Source: Mustelus asterias (taxonomy: Eukaryota). Taken from it: a DNA stretch of 64,000 nucleotides. Below the pieces are notes generated by a model, which did not search any database, had not been told where the DNA came from, and saw only the letters and a program-made list of their open reading frames with translations. Every line of letters begins with the position of its first letter. Position 1 is the stretch's first letter. The DNA lies in the NCBI RefSeq assembly GCF_964213995.1, contig NC_135803.1, positions 41,354,001-41,418,000 on the forward strand, written 5' to 3'. Positions 11,069-23,125 of the stretch are shown piece by piece. A program made the position numbers and the translations under genes.

Positions 11069-13236
11069 GTCTCTAAATGTTTTCACCATTTTCCCCTGAT
11101 TTAGAGTACAGAACATGACTGGAAAATCTTTCCAGTTTGTACATTAAAAATAACATACCCCTTTTCACAGAATGGATTATAAAACTGCAAATCAGATACG
11201 TTCAGTATGCAATGGTCTTTTCCACACTTCTGATTAGATAATATCCTTATTTCTATTTCAGCTCTTATTTTTAAGGCTCAGAAAATGCCATCCTGCATTT
11301 CCTTCCTTCCAAGATCAGGGTTCATCGCAGTGTTTTACATTAACTCTATCCAGTTTACAGAATTGTTTCATAGGTTCTCCTTCATTGATCTTTACGTGAT
11401 CTTATTTTGCTTTGTGATATTATGGTTCAAAGCAAGTTATAGCCATCATAGATTAGAAGCGGAGAAGGCTTCTGAATATAACCACCCAGAAACTTTGCAA
11501 TTGCTGATATTCTTATCTTACTCGTTCTTCTCTTCCTCTTCTCTTTATTAGCAGCAGATTTGATGTCATGTAGTCACTTTATGAATAGAATATTAAGCTA
11601 TATCATATTCAGATTTACTTCATCTTTCTTATTCTTTGCAAGCTTAACGATGACCTACAATACAGAGACTTAACCTTCTCCTTCATTGCACAAATGTCAG
11701 AATGTGTGGATTGAAAAGCTTCTAAACAATGTAGCATTGCTTCCTTTTATATGGTCAACTGTAATGAATGGGTAAGAATCCTTAGGCTTTTTCAATTGAA
11801 ACCATGTCAATAATTAGCTCCATTTTTCACATCTTCTAAATTCTGCTTGAAGTGCTGCATATATTTGACTAGCATTGACTTGTGTGGGTGATTATATTCA
11901 GAAGCCTTTTCCGCTTATAATTTATGATGGCTATGACTTGTCCTGAACCATAATAACACGAAGCAAACTGAGACACTTAAAGGTCAACAAAATGAGAACC
12001 TAAGAAACAATTCTGTAAGTAGCCCAATACTGATTCAAATATATTCCATTTCTACGGTAATTACATCTTTCATATAGCTACTGAGGAAATTACAGAACTA
12101 GTTGGGAAATACAATGTAATGCCACTAAAATATGATCTGTTAAACATTACTCGCCTTGTCTGGTGTGGCAAACTGCATGTAGATATATTCACCACCATTA
12201 CACCCTCCATGCTTAACAAGAACTGCCTGGCAAGTAGTAGAGGACATTGCTTTCACACAGAAATTATGCCAGCATTTTTGGCCATCTTACTCTGCCACTT
12301 CAGTCTTTTCCGAGCTGTTCAGTTGGATCATCTCCATGAGCTTACATACAGTGCTAGCTCCATTGAAGTGGAGTGGAGACCTGTACTTCAGTACTCCCGA
12401 AAGCCCCTGACTAAGTGATTGGCTGAACCTGTGGTTTTTGATTGAGAAATGAAGAACATGGAAGCGGGGTGTAAAAGTGCACATCCAGACTCGCCTCACT
12501 ATTTTCCCAATCAAGGGACATGTGTGGTTAGTTGCACCACACAGGGGAGTGGGTGGACTATTGGAGTTGAGGCAGGAGATCAGTGATAATTATACTGAAT
12601 GGTGGAGCAGGCTCAGTGGGCAGCATGATGTACTCCTGCTCCTACTTCTTATGTTCTTCATATCAGATGATCATTTTCTACTGTAATATTAAAAGCCATG
12701 CAAAAATTTCATCAACAAATGAACTAATAAATAAACATCAGTGGATATAATTGCAATTAAGTAGTCCTAGACTTAGTCAATTGATGGCATATTACACCAT
12801 ATTTAAATGCTGCTGCTTAGGCTTCCGAAAAGGGCAATTTTAATCACTATTTGACAAAACTGAATTATTAACTTCATATGTTAACTTCACCATAAGTATG
12901 GATAGTGGAATATGTATAATTATCAAAAGCAACTAGCATTCATGAGGTTGCATTGTCACTCAAAGGACACTTTTGAAACCTATCCTGAAAAGAAGCTTCT
13001 AGAACACCATAGTTTGTAAAGCAGGCTTATCCTTTCTATTTTCTTCTTAAGCATTCACACTCAAACTCAATCTCATCTAGCAAATGTCTCATTCTGCTGT
13101 GACTTACAAAAAACACCAGCTTAATTGGACATCTGTGCGTAATGAATAGCCGCCAAGTATTCTCCATGGTTTATTGAATTGAAATTAGCTTGTGACTGAA
13201 GTACTTTAGCTTTTGTATTTTATTGTCCTTTAACAG

Positions 13237-13353
13237 TCTGACACAGAATTCTGGGATAAAATGCAAGATGAATGGGAGGAAATGGCACGTAGGAATTGGA
13301 TTGCAGGAAGTGAGCAGCCACCAACAAACACAACTATCTCCCCACATGAGAAG
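13237..13353 (+). CDS. PEX5L: PEX5L exon SDTEFWDKMQDEWEEMARRNWIAGSEQPPTNTTISPHEK (HCN CNBD-binding core)
   Basis: taacag acceptor, aag|gtgatt donor, 117 nt; matches TRIP8b SDTEFWDKMQAEWEEMARRNW. Confidence 0.97.
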
Positions 13354-13635
13354 GTGATTTTTAACAACATGACCTTCAAAAAATATGTTGCTTCGTTATC
13401 AATTTTTTGCAAGTATCAAATGCTTGGTTATTTGACTCTCTTATATATTCAAAATCAACCTGAAATGACAATGAATTTATGTAGTACAATAATGAATTAA
13501 TTTGCTGTACAGGACAGAAATGAGGAAAATATAGCTGAAAAAGGCACAAACCTTTAATGTACTATTACCCCATCCTTTACCCAAGATGGATTCTCATCGT
13601 CTGCCTCATATTAAACAGAACCCAAGAAATAAATA

Positions 13636-13868
13636 AACACAAAATACTACGCATGCTGGAATCTGAAACAAAAACAGAAAAATGTTAGAAAATCTCAACA
13701 GCTCTGACAGCATCTGTGGAGAGAGAACAGAGCCAACGTTTCGAGTCTAGATGACCCTTCATCAGTCAGCTCTGACGAAGGGTCATCTAGACTCAAAATG
13801 TTGACTCTATTCTCTCTTCACAGTTGCTGTCAGACTTGCTGAGATTTTCCAGCATTTTTCTATTGTTG
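13636..13868 (-). mobile_element. Non-autonomous Penelope-like fold-back element (family B)
   Basis: ~97-bp inverted arms meeting at 13765/13772; 15-bp TSD cccaaga(a/t)ataaata; CTGAYGA-A-GGGTC...GACTC-GAAACGTT. Confidence 0.8.
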
Positions 13869-13937
13869 CCCAAGATATAAATAGTGGATTTGATGCGAGT
13901 ACCTGTAGCGGTGATAATGTGTTACAGTTCACTCAGG

Positions 13938-14055
13938 GGGCGGGATTTTCCAGCTGTGCTCGCCCCATGGCCAGAAAATCCCACCCAAGGTCAACAGACC
14001 TTTGCATGGCCCGTGTCCCGCTTGCTACAATGGACAGGATGGGAAAATTCTGCCC
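13938..14055. mobile_element. Short MITE, PIF/Harbinger-like
   Basis: TIR gggcgggattttcc / ggaaaattctgccc, AGG TSD. Confidence 0.75.
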
Positions 14056-14792
14056 AGGGAGTCCGAAGTGCTGTGACAACATGCACTTTTCACATGCATG
14101 TTGTAGTCTGGAGCTATGGATAGTGATGGTACACACTCCAATTTTCTTGTCATCACATGACTGATCAAGAACCTCTCTCACTGTTACTGAGTCTCTTTCT
14201 CAAAAGGCAGTGGAATTGGAGAGTCTTTTAAATATTCTTTAAGGCAGAGGTAGATAGATTCTTGATAAGCGAGGGGTTGAAATGTTAATGGGGGTAGGCG
14301 GTAATGTGCAGGTGAGGTCACAACCAAATCAGCCATGATCTTATTGAATGGCGAAGCAGGCATGAGGGACATGGGGGCTTACTCCTGCTTCAAATGTTTA
14401 TATGTACTACCTGCCATTGGCATGTGTTAGAAGGATTAATTCACAGGTTGGTTATGTTTGAGTCCTGGGATTGGACTCAAACTTGGAGTTTCGAATTCGG
14501 GGGTAGGGATGCTAGTCAGTAACTGTAATACTAACCGGTTAAAACTGGTTAATGTGGGCTGGAAGGAGTAAACAAATGTTAAATTGATCATTCTTGTGAT
14601 AATTATGAATGAAACAATTTAGTTGTTGTAACCCAGTAATCATGAATAGCAAGGTAATAGTGAATAAATTATATTATTAAAATGCCTATGAAGCTATCAG
14701 TCAGCAGAACAATTTAGTTCTCAAGGTTGGATAAACAATTCTGACAACTATTATTGCACAATGTTATTAATTTCACTTGACCTTTGCTGCAG

Positions 14793-14936
14793 GGTTATTA
14801 TTTTCACACTGACAATCCCTTCAAAGACTGGCCCAATGCATTTGAGGAAGCAATAAAAAAGCAGAAAGAAGGAGATCTGCCCAATGCTGTCCTACTGTTA
14901 GAATCAGCAATTTTACAGGACCCCTACGATGCAGAG
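14793..14936 (+). CDS. PEX5L: PEX5L exon GYYFHTDNPFKDWPNAFEEAIKKQKEGDLPNAVLLLESAILQDPYDAE (TPR1)
   Basis: ctgcag acceptor, gag|gtaggc donor, 144 nt; PEX5-family NPF/TPR1 motif. Confidence 0.97.
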
Positions 14937-15705
14937 GTAGGCTAATGATATTTAGCAATCATAATATGTTAAAAAAAGTAAAATATGTCAATAATCGTAG
15001 AAATTCAAATAATGTATAATGCTTTTGAGTTTTACAAATACGAGATGCATTTTGATTGCTCTCAGTGCTATGATATATACAAACATGATTTCCAATATAT
15101 ATAAACCTATTATTAACTCTTAATGTTCAATGTATTCTATTGCATTTATCAATTAAGTGCTATACCAATGTGGGGTGTGGTAGTTGGAGAATTGTTGTTC
15201 TTCAATAAAGTACATATTGCTTTACTGTTATGAGCAGAAGTTAAATGGATTATATTCTAATACACTAATTGTACTTCTGCAATATTTGGAATGGGCTTTC
15301 GCATGAAAATCTGACCTTTGAAATACTATTAATGGGGCTATGCCCAATGATAGAGAACAGTTTACAATGCTTTTTTATCACAAATATTTGGAACCCACCG
15401 TGAAGTTTGAAACTGATAGGCTTTTAACAATTCATATTTGCATTGTGATGTTAACATAGTAAAACAAGGTGTTTACTTCCAATAATATAAATACAAAGTT
15501 TCTCCACCTTCATTAATGACATTCTAGATCTGCAACTGGGAAATGCTTGAGCATCCCAAGGTATGTGTCTTCTTTGGATTTGCCCTGGATTAACCCTCTG
15601 TACCCAAGAAACATAAATGCTAATTTTTTCATAACTGACAATGTCTCCAAAAATATGACTTGTCAGTGTGTAAATGTCCTCTGGTAAAAGAGAGAATTTT
15701 GTCAG

Positions 15706-15920
15706 GGTGTCAGTTAGCTCAGTTGGCTGGGCAGCTGGTTGGTGATGCAGAACAATGCCCGCAGCACGGGTTCATTTCCTGTACCAGCTGAGGTTATCCA
15801 TGAAGGCTCCACTTTCTCAACCTTGCCCTCACCTGAGGTGTGGTGACCCTCAGGTTATACCACCACCAGTCAGCCCTCTCTCAAAGGGGAGACCAGCCTA
15901 TACTACTCTGGGACTTTGGA
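15706..15920 (+). mobile_element. tRNA-derived SINE (family distinct from HE1)
   Basis: A-box tagctcagttgg and B-box-like ggttcatttcc followed by a non-tRNA body. Confidence 0.55.
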
Positions 15921-17429
15921 GATTTTCTTTCATTTCAAATGTGGTCATAATTCACTTCTCCAGATTCCTCCTGCTCCACAAATCACAAAATTCTGTATCC
16001 TCACTTACATAATCTAATTCCCCTTGAGTTGAAATTATCTTGAGATGATGCTCAGGAATGAGAGCAAATATTGGAAGTGGGAATTGCATCAGGAGTACAC
16101 AGAGCTGCTGAAGGTCCAGGATGAGCTATTTAGTAACTTCCTCATCTTCATCATACTCCTCATATCTATATTATAGTCAATGTGAAAAATGTCCAGTCAT
16201 TGTCTTCTTCCTGTTATTATGAATTTTCAGAAAAGGAAGCTAAGTTCTGAAAAAGAATCATTCGACTTGGAACATTGACTCTGTTTGTACTTTTTGAACC
16301 AAATGCCATCTTCCTTCTCTGCTGCTGCCCCAGCCGATTGCTGCAATCAGCAGTTAAACTTGGCTTTTTAAAAACTAATTTCCTCGCACCCACCACATAA
16401 CTTCCTTTTTACATGAGCTTATGCTGGCAATCCTCCAATGGCTATGCAAATAGACTGACACATAAAAGTTCTGGCAAGTGGAGCTCTGTCGACCAGAAGC
16501 GGCTCCCACACTAGATGTATTGGCTCAAATCCAGCAAGCCTTTGTATTTTCCATGAATGGTAAAAAAGTAATCAGTATTCAATATTGAACTGATATAGTA
16601 CCTGCTGGTTTATCTTGCTTCTGTGTATATTTTCTTTCATTTCACTTCCATCAAAAACACTTTAAATCTATCAATTGGAAAATTCAGGAGTGTAAATGGG
16701 GTTTTTCAGACAATTTTTAGTGCATTTTAACCACATTAAAAGTACATGCCAATCACTACGTGAAAAGGGCTGAATTTTGCTGCAGCCGCACAAAACATTC
16801 TGGAATAAAAGCAGAAAATGCTGGAAAAAAATATCTCGGTAGGTGAGACAGCGCCTGTGTAGAGAGGGAGAAACAGATGCTGTTTTAACCTGCTGAGATT
16901 TTTCTGTTTCATTTCAGATCTGCAGTATCTGCACTATTCTGCTTTTCAATTAGTACATTATTGAAGCTGTGTGTTGCAGCAAAGAGCAGTAGCATGTTGG
17001 GCAATAGCCCGATTTGTAATAGGTTAGACCTGCTGGAAGGGTGAGTTGGAGAATTTGCACTGTGTCTCCAATCCACACTCTGATAGGCACTGTAACACCC
17101 CATGGAATTTAATCTGCACAGTCTAAAGACCCACAAAAGAACTCTCTGCTCCCTGCCAAATGTCACAGTGAATGCAATTTGTTTAAATGTATGCTATTTG
17201 CATGGTCCCTTCAGTTAAGTTTAAAACTTCTAGAATTTCTGGCTTATGAAACAAATTTAATTTATTTCATTATGTAATACCTACTTAATACTTTGGTCCT
17301 GTGCAGAATTAGTATTGGCCATTTTCCATCTACATTTGTATGAATCTCATTTTCCCTACTTAATCTGTATCCAACATCTTGCATTTATATAGTAGTGTTA
17401 ACTTAAGTAAAATATTCCAAGGCACTTCA

Positions 17430-18290
17430 CAGGAACAATCCATAGAGACACACAGAAGGATTTATTGAGCCCATTAAGCCAATGCCAGCTCTTTGAAAAA
17501 GCTAACTCATTTGTTACACTCCCCCTCTCTTTTCCCATAGCCCTGCAATTTTTTCCCTTTCAAATATTTATCTACCGTAAAATATTCTGCTTTTCTATTC
17601 TGACCACCAAAGTGAATAAGCTCACACTTCTTCTTCATTGTACCTTAACTATCACCTTGATGCCCACTCACTTAACCTGTCTATAACTCTTTCTAGCCTC
17701 TGTGTCCTCCTCACAGCTTCCCACCAAGCTTTGTATCAACAAATCTAGATACCTCTGTCTCTTTGTCTCAGTTATTCATATAGATAGTAAATATCTGAGG
17801 TCCCAACACTGATCCTTGTGGCACTCCACTAGTCACAGCCTGCCAACTTAAAAAAGGCCCCATTTATCCCCACTCTCTGTTCCTGTCCATTCACCAATCC
17901 TGCATCCATATCATTCCCATCTCCATGAGCTTTTCACTTGTATAATAAACTTTTGTATGGCACCTTAATGAATGCCTTTTGGGAATCTAAGTACATCAAC
18001 TTATTCCCTTTATCCATCCTACTAGTTACATCCTCAAAAAACTCTAATAAATTTGTCAATCTGAATTTCACTTTGGTTAAACTATGTTGACTTGTTCTAA
18101 TCATACTGTGTTTTTCTAAATGCTTTGTCAGGACTTCCATAATAATAGATTTCCGCACTTTCCCGATGACTGACACCAGGCTAACTGGCCTGTAGTTCCC
18201 TGCTTCCTCTTCCTATTTTCTTGAATACCGTTGTTACATTTGCTAGCTTCCAATCTACTGGGACCATTTTATAATCTAGGGAATTGTGAA
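17430..18290 (-). mobile_element. Degraded CR1 RT fragment
   Basis: ORF 17934-18176 LTNLLEFFEDVT...YLDSQKAFIKVP. Confidence 0.85.
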
Positions 18291-18304
18291 AACCATAGCC
18301 AACA

Positions 18305-18679
18305 TGGGCATTGCTGCCTTACAGAGCCAGGGACCCGGGTTCAATTCTGGCTTTGGGTGACTGTGTGGAGTTTGTTCTTCCTCCCTGTGTCTGCATGGGT
18401 TTCCTTTGGGTGTTCCAGTTTCCTCCCACAATCCAAAGATGTGCAGGTTCGGTGGATTGGCCATGATGAGTTGCTCCTTAGTGTCCAAGATGTATAGGTT
18501 AGGTGGGTTAGCCATGATAAATGGCTGGGGTTATGGGGATAGGGGGGGTGGGGTGGTGGGCTTGGTGGTGGGGGGAGGGGGGGTTTGTGGTGGTGGGCCT
18601 GGGTAAGATGCTCTTTCGGAGAATCGGTACAGACCCAACGGGTTGAATAGCCTCCTTCTGCACTGTAGGGATTCTATGA
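18305..18679 (+). mobile_element. HE1-type V-SINE with expanded G-rich tract
   Basis: V-domain, CR1 tail, G-rich run 18541-18605. Confidence 0.85.
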
Positions 18680-18729
18680 ACACATCTGCTATCATTGCAG
18701 CCATCTCTGTTAGAATCCTAGGATTATAA

Positions 18730-19801
18730 TGCTGAAGAAGAGGTGGAGAAGGTGGAGCAGAATAGAAGGTCAGGAATACATCGGAGCTAAAGAGAGATTG
18801 ACAAATATGTCATGGGCACAAGACAAAGAGAGTGTTAATGGTAGCATTAAGGACTAAAGAAGTTGCTGATAGTGGCATAAAGGAAAGATAGCAGGATATA
18901 TCAATAGGAGACCAAAGGCCAGTGCTCAGTCAAAGCAAAACTAAAGAACAGGTGCAATGTGCCCCTGAAGAGAGAGGAGGAGGTGTTTTGGCTGGGACAA
19001 AAAAAACAAAAAAGGGGTCAAGATGGAAGAGAAAGTTCACAGTCTAAATTTATGAACTCAATGTTGAGTCCAGGAGGTTGTAACATGCCTAATTGGAAAA
19101 TGAGGTGTTGTTTCTTCAATTTGCGTTGGGCTTCACTGGAGCATTGCAGCAAGCCAAGGACAGACATGTGGGCATGAGGACAAGGTGCTGAGTTGAAATG
19201 GCAAATGACAGGAAGGCTGGGGTTATGCTTCCAGACTGAACGAAGGTGTTCTGCAAAGCGGTCACCCAGTTTGTGCAGAGACTCCCCAATGTAGAGGGGA
19301 CTGCATTGGGAGCAGTGAATACAGTACACCAAATTGAAGGAGTTGTAAGTGTAACGCTGCTTCACCTGAAAGGAATGTTTGGGGACTTGGAAAGTGAGGA
19401 GGGAGAAGCTAAAAGGGCAGGTGTTGCATCATCTGTGACTGCATGGGAAGGTTTCGTGGTAAGGGGATGAAGGATTGGGGGCATTGGACGAGTGGATAAG
19501 GGGGAGATGTGTTTTGTGGTAGCATCATGCTTGAGTTGTCTGAAATATTGGAGGATGATCCTTTGAATGTGGTGACTGGTGGAGTGAAAAAAGAGGACAA
19601 GAGGGACCCTATCATGGTTCTGGGAGGGAGGGGACAGGTGAGGGTAGAGGTGTAGGATATGACTTGGACATGATTGAGTGGCGTGTCAACCACAGTGTGA
19701 GAAAAGGCAGACATGTCAGAAGCACTGTTTTCGAAGGTGGCATCTCTGGAACAGATGAAGGCGGAGAAACTGGGACAATGGGATGGAGTCCTTACAGGAA
19801 G
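18730..19801 (-). mobile_element. Penelope-like retroelement fragment with GIY-YIG endonuclease
   Basis: ORF 19018-19365 NLVYCIHCSQC..LYIGES...RFAEH...HF...LQPPGLNIEF is a PLE GIY-YIG domain; frameshifted upstream. Confidence 0.9.
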
Positions 19802-19922
19802 CTATTTTATTTTATCTATTAAAGATTGTATTCTTTTAATGTAAATGTTAAAGCTATATTGTATTTTTGTGAATATAATCCTTATTGTTGTTACTTTTTT
19901 TGCATTATTGGTATGTACACAG

Positions 19923-19993
19923 GCTTGGCAATACTTGGGTACCACACAAGCAGATAATGAAAATGAACAGGCTGCAATTGTCGCTCTCCAGAG
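19923..19993 (+). CDS. PEX5L: PEX5L exon AWQYLGTTQADNENEQAAIVALQR (TPR2)
   Basis: acag acceptor, ag|gtaaat donor, 71 nt; matches AWQFLGITQAENENEQAAIVALQR. Confidence 0.97.
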
Positions 19994-20074
19994 GTAAATT
20001 CTAGCAAAGCACAAAACATCTACACTATTTTCTATATCAGCATGTGGAAGTTATAATATGTTATAGCTGGCGGT

Positions 20075-22146
20075 GATAAAGAAGGACTGTAAAAAAGGGA
20101 TAGCCAGCCGTGAATAACGAAGGAAATAAAGGAGAGTATTGAATTAAAAACCGATGCGTACAGAGTGGCCAAAAATAGTGGAGACTTAGAAGATTGGGAA
20201 AGCTTTAAAAAACAACAAAGAATGACTAAGAAAGCGATAAAGAAAGGAAAGATAGATTATGAAACTAAACTAGCTCTAAACATAAAAAATAATAGTAAAA
20301 GTTTTTACAAATATATAAAAAGGAATAGAGTGGCTAGAGTGAATGTTGGACCCTTGGAGGACGAGAGGGGGGATTTAATAGTGGAAAACGAGGAAATGCT
20401 GAGACTTTAAATAGGTTTTTGTGTCGGTCTTCACGGTGGAAGACACAAATAGTTTACCGAATATTAACGATCAAGTGTTGGTAGGAGGAGAGGTACTCAA
20501 TACAATTATTGTTACTAGAGAGGCAGTGCTTGGTAGACTAGCGGGACTGAAGGTGGACAAGTCCCTGGGCCCGGATGGAATGCATCCCAGGGTACTGAAA
20601 GAAATGTCGGAGGTAATAGCGGATGCGTTAGTGGTTATTCATCAAAATTCACTGGACTCTGGGGTAGTGCCAGCTGATTGGAAAACGGCTACTGTTACGC
20701 CACTGTTTAAAAAAGGAAGTAGACAAAAGGCGGGTAACTACAGGCCGGTTAGCTTAATGTCTGTAGTTGGGAAAAATGCTGGAATCCATCATTAAAGAAG
20801 AAATAGCGGGCCATCTGGATAAGAATGGTTCGATCAAGCAGATGCAGCATGAATTCATGAGAGGAAAGTCGTGTTTGACGAACTTACTGGATTTTTATGA
20901 AGATGTGACTAGTGCGGTTGACGGAGGGGAACCGGTAGATGTGGTGTTTTTGGATTTCCAAAAGGCATTCGATAAGGTGCCTCACAAAAGGTTGCTGCAG
21001 AAGATTGGGGCACACGGAGTTGGGGGTAGGGTGTTAGCGTGGATTGGGGATTGGCTATCCAACAGGAAGCAGAGAGTTGGAATAAATGGGTGCTTTTCTG
21101 GTTGGCAGATGGTGACTAGTGGCGTGCCGCAGGGATTGGTACTGGGACCTCAACTGTTTACTATTTACATAGATGGTCTGGAGGAGGGGACTGAGTGTAG
21201 GGTAACAAAGTTTGCTGACGACACGAAGATAAGTGGGAAAGTGAATTGCGTGGAGGAAGCGGAAGGTCTGCAGAGAGATTTGAATAGGCTGAGTGAGTGG
21301 GCGAGGATCTGGCAGATGGAGTATAACGTTTGCAAATGCGAGGTTATTCACTTTGGAAGAAATAATCGCAAATTGGATTATTATTTAAATGGAAAAAAAT
21401 TACAACATGCTACTGTGCAAAGGGACCTGGGGGTCCTTGTGCATGAGTCGCAAAAACTCAGTCTGCAAGTACAACAGGTGATCAAGAAGGCAAATGGGAT
21501 GTTGGCATTTATCGCGAGGGGGATAGAATATAAAAGCAGAGAAGTCTTGCTGCATCTGTACAAGGCATTGGTGAAGCCGCAGCTGGAATACTGTGTGCAG
21601 TTTTGGTCCCCTTACTTGCGAAAGGATATATTGGCCTTGGAGGGAGTGCAGAGAAGGTTCACCAGGCTGATACCGGAGATGAGGGGTGTAGATTATGAGG
21701 AGAGATTGAGCAGATTAGATTTGTACTCGTTGGAGTTTAGAAGGCTGAGGGGTGATCTTATAGAGGCATATAAGATAATGAAAGGGCTGGATAGGGTAGA
21801 AGTGGAGAGATTCTTTCCACTTAGAAAGGAAACCAGAACTAGAGGGCACAGCCTCAAAATAAAGGGGGGTCAGTTTAGGACAGAGTTGAGGAGGAACTTC
21901 TTCTCTCAGAGGGTGGTGAATCTCTGGAATTCTCAGCCCACTGAAGTGGTGGAGGCTACCTCGTTGAATATGTTTTAAGTCACGGATAGATGGATTTCTG
22001 ATCAGTAGGGGAATTAAGGGTTATGGGGAGCAGGCGGGTAAGTGAAACTGATTCACTTCAGATCAGCCATGATCTTATTGAATGGCGGGGCAGGCTCGAG
22101 GGGCTAGATGGCCTACTCCTGCTCCTATTTCTTATGTTCTTATGTT
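20075..22146 (+). mobile_element. Young 5'-truncated CR1 LINE, frameshifted RT
   Basis: [33 protein letters not shown] motifs; cttatgtt repeat end. Confidence 0.97.
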
Positions 22147-22289
22147 GCTTCCTCTGCAGGACGTAGTTTGGTCCATGTATTAACGTGCTAATTTTTTGTG
22201 ATACAAAATTTAGATAATGAAAAAGGGTGAGAAATCTGGTATGAGCATTTATAAGAGCAGGAATATATGTGACTGTCTGCATGAATCAC

Positions 22290-23125
22290 AGGATCACAGA
22301 ATTGTTATAGTGCAAAAGGAGGCCATTTGGCTCATCATGTCTGCACCTGCTCTCCAAAAGAGCATCGTGACATAGTGCCATTCCCCTGCCTTTTCCCCGT
22401 ACCTCTTCACATTGTTTCTATTCAAGTAATCCTATAACGCCTTCAATTGAACCTGCCTCCACCACACTTCCACGCAAAACATTCTAGACCCAAACCACTT
22501 GCTGGGTGAAAAGGTTTTTTCTCATATCACGTTTATTTCTTTTGCAAATCACTTTAATTCTATGCCCTCTCTTTCTTGATCCTTTTACTAGCAGGAACAG
22601 TTTCTCCCTATCTAGCCTGTCCAGACACTTCATAATTTTGAACATCTCTATCAAATTCCCCCTTAGCCTTCTTCTCTCCAGGGAGAACAGTCCCAACCCC
22701 TCTATCCTTATAACTGAACTTTCTCATCCCTGGAACCATCGTTGTAAACCTTTTCTGCACTCTCTACAATGCGTTCATATCCTTCCTTAAATGTGGAGCC
22801 TAAAACTGTACACAATACTCCAGCTGAAGTCTAACAAGTGTCTTGTACAAATTCAGCAGCATAACACTGGTTCAATTCCAGCCTTGGGTGACTCTCTGTG
22901 TGGAGTTTGCAAGTTCTCCCCGTGTCTGTATGGATTTCCTCCGGGTGCTCCAGTTTCCTCCCACAGTTCAAAAGACATGCTGGTTAGGTGCATTGGCCAT
23001 GCTAAATTGGCCATTGATGTCTGGGAGATTAGCAGGGTAAATACATGGGATTATGGGGATAGGACCTGGGTGGGATTGATGGCCCAAATGGCCCCCTTCT
23101 TCACTGTAGCGATTCTATGATTCTA
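22290..23125. mobile_element. CR1 3' fragment (-) followed by HE1 SINE (+, ~22866-23125)
   Basis: ORF 22484-22696 GLFSLERRRLRG; V-domain. Confidence 0.8.

Noticed and set aside
20767-21978. 403-aa reverse transcriptase as a host gene or novel RT system
   Set aside because: Ordinary 5'-truncated, frameshifted CR1 ORF2 with near-identical copies in the window.
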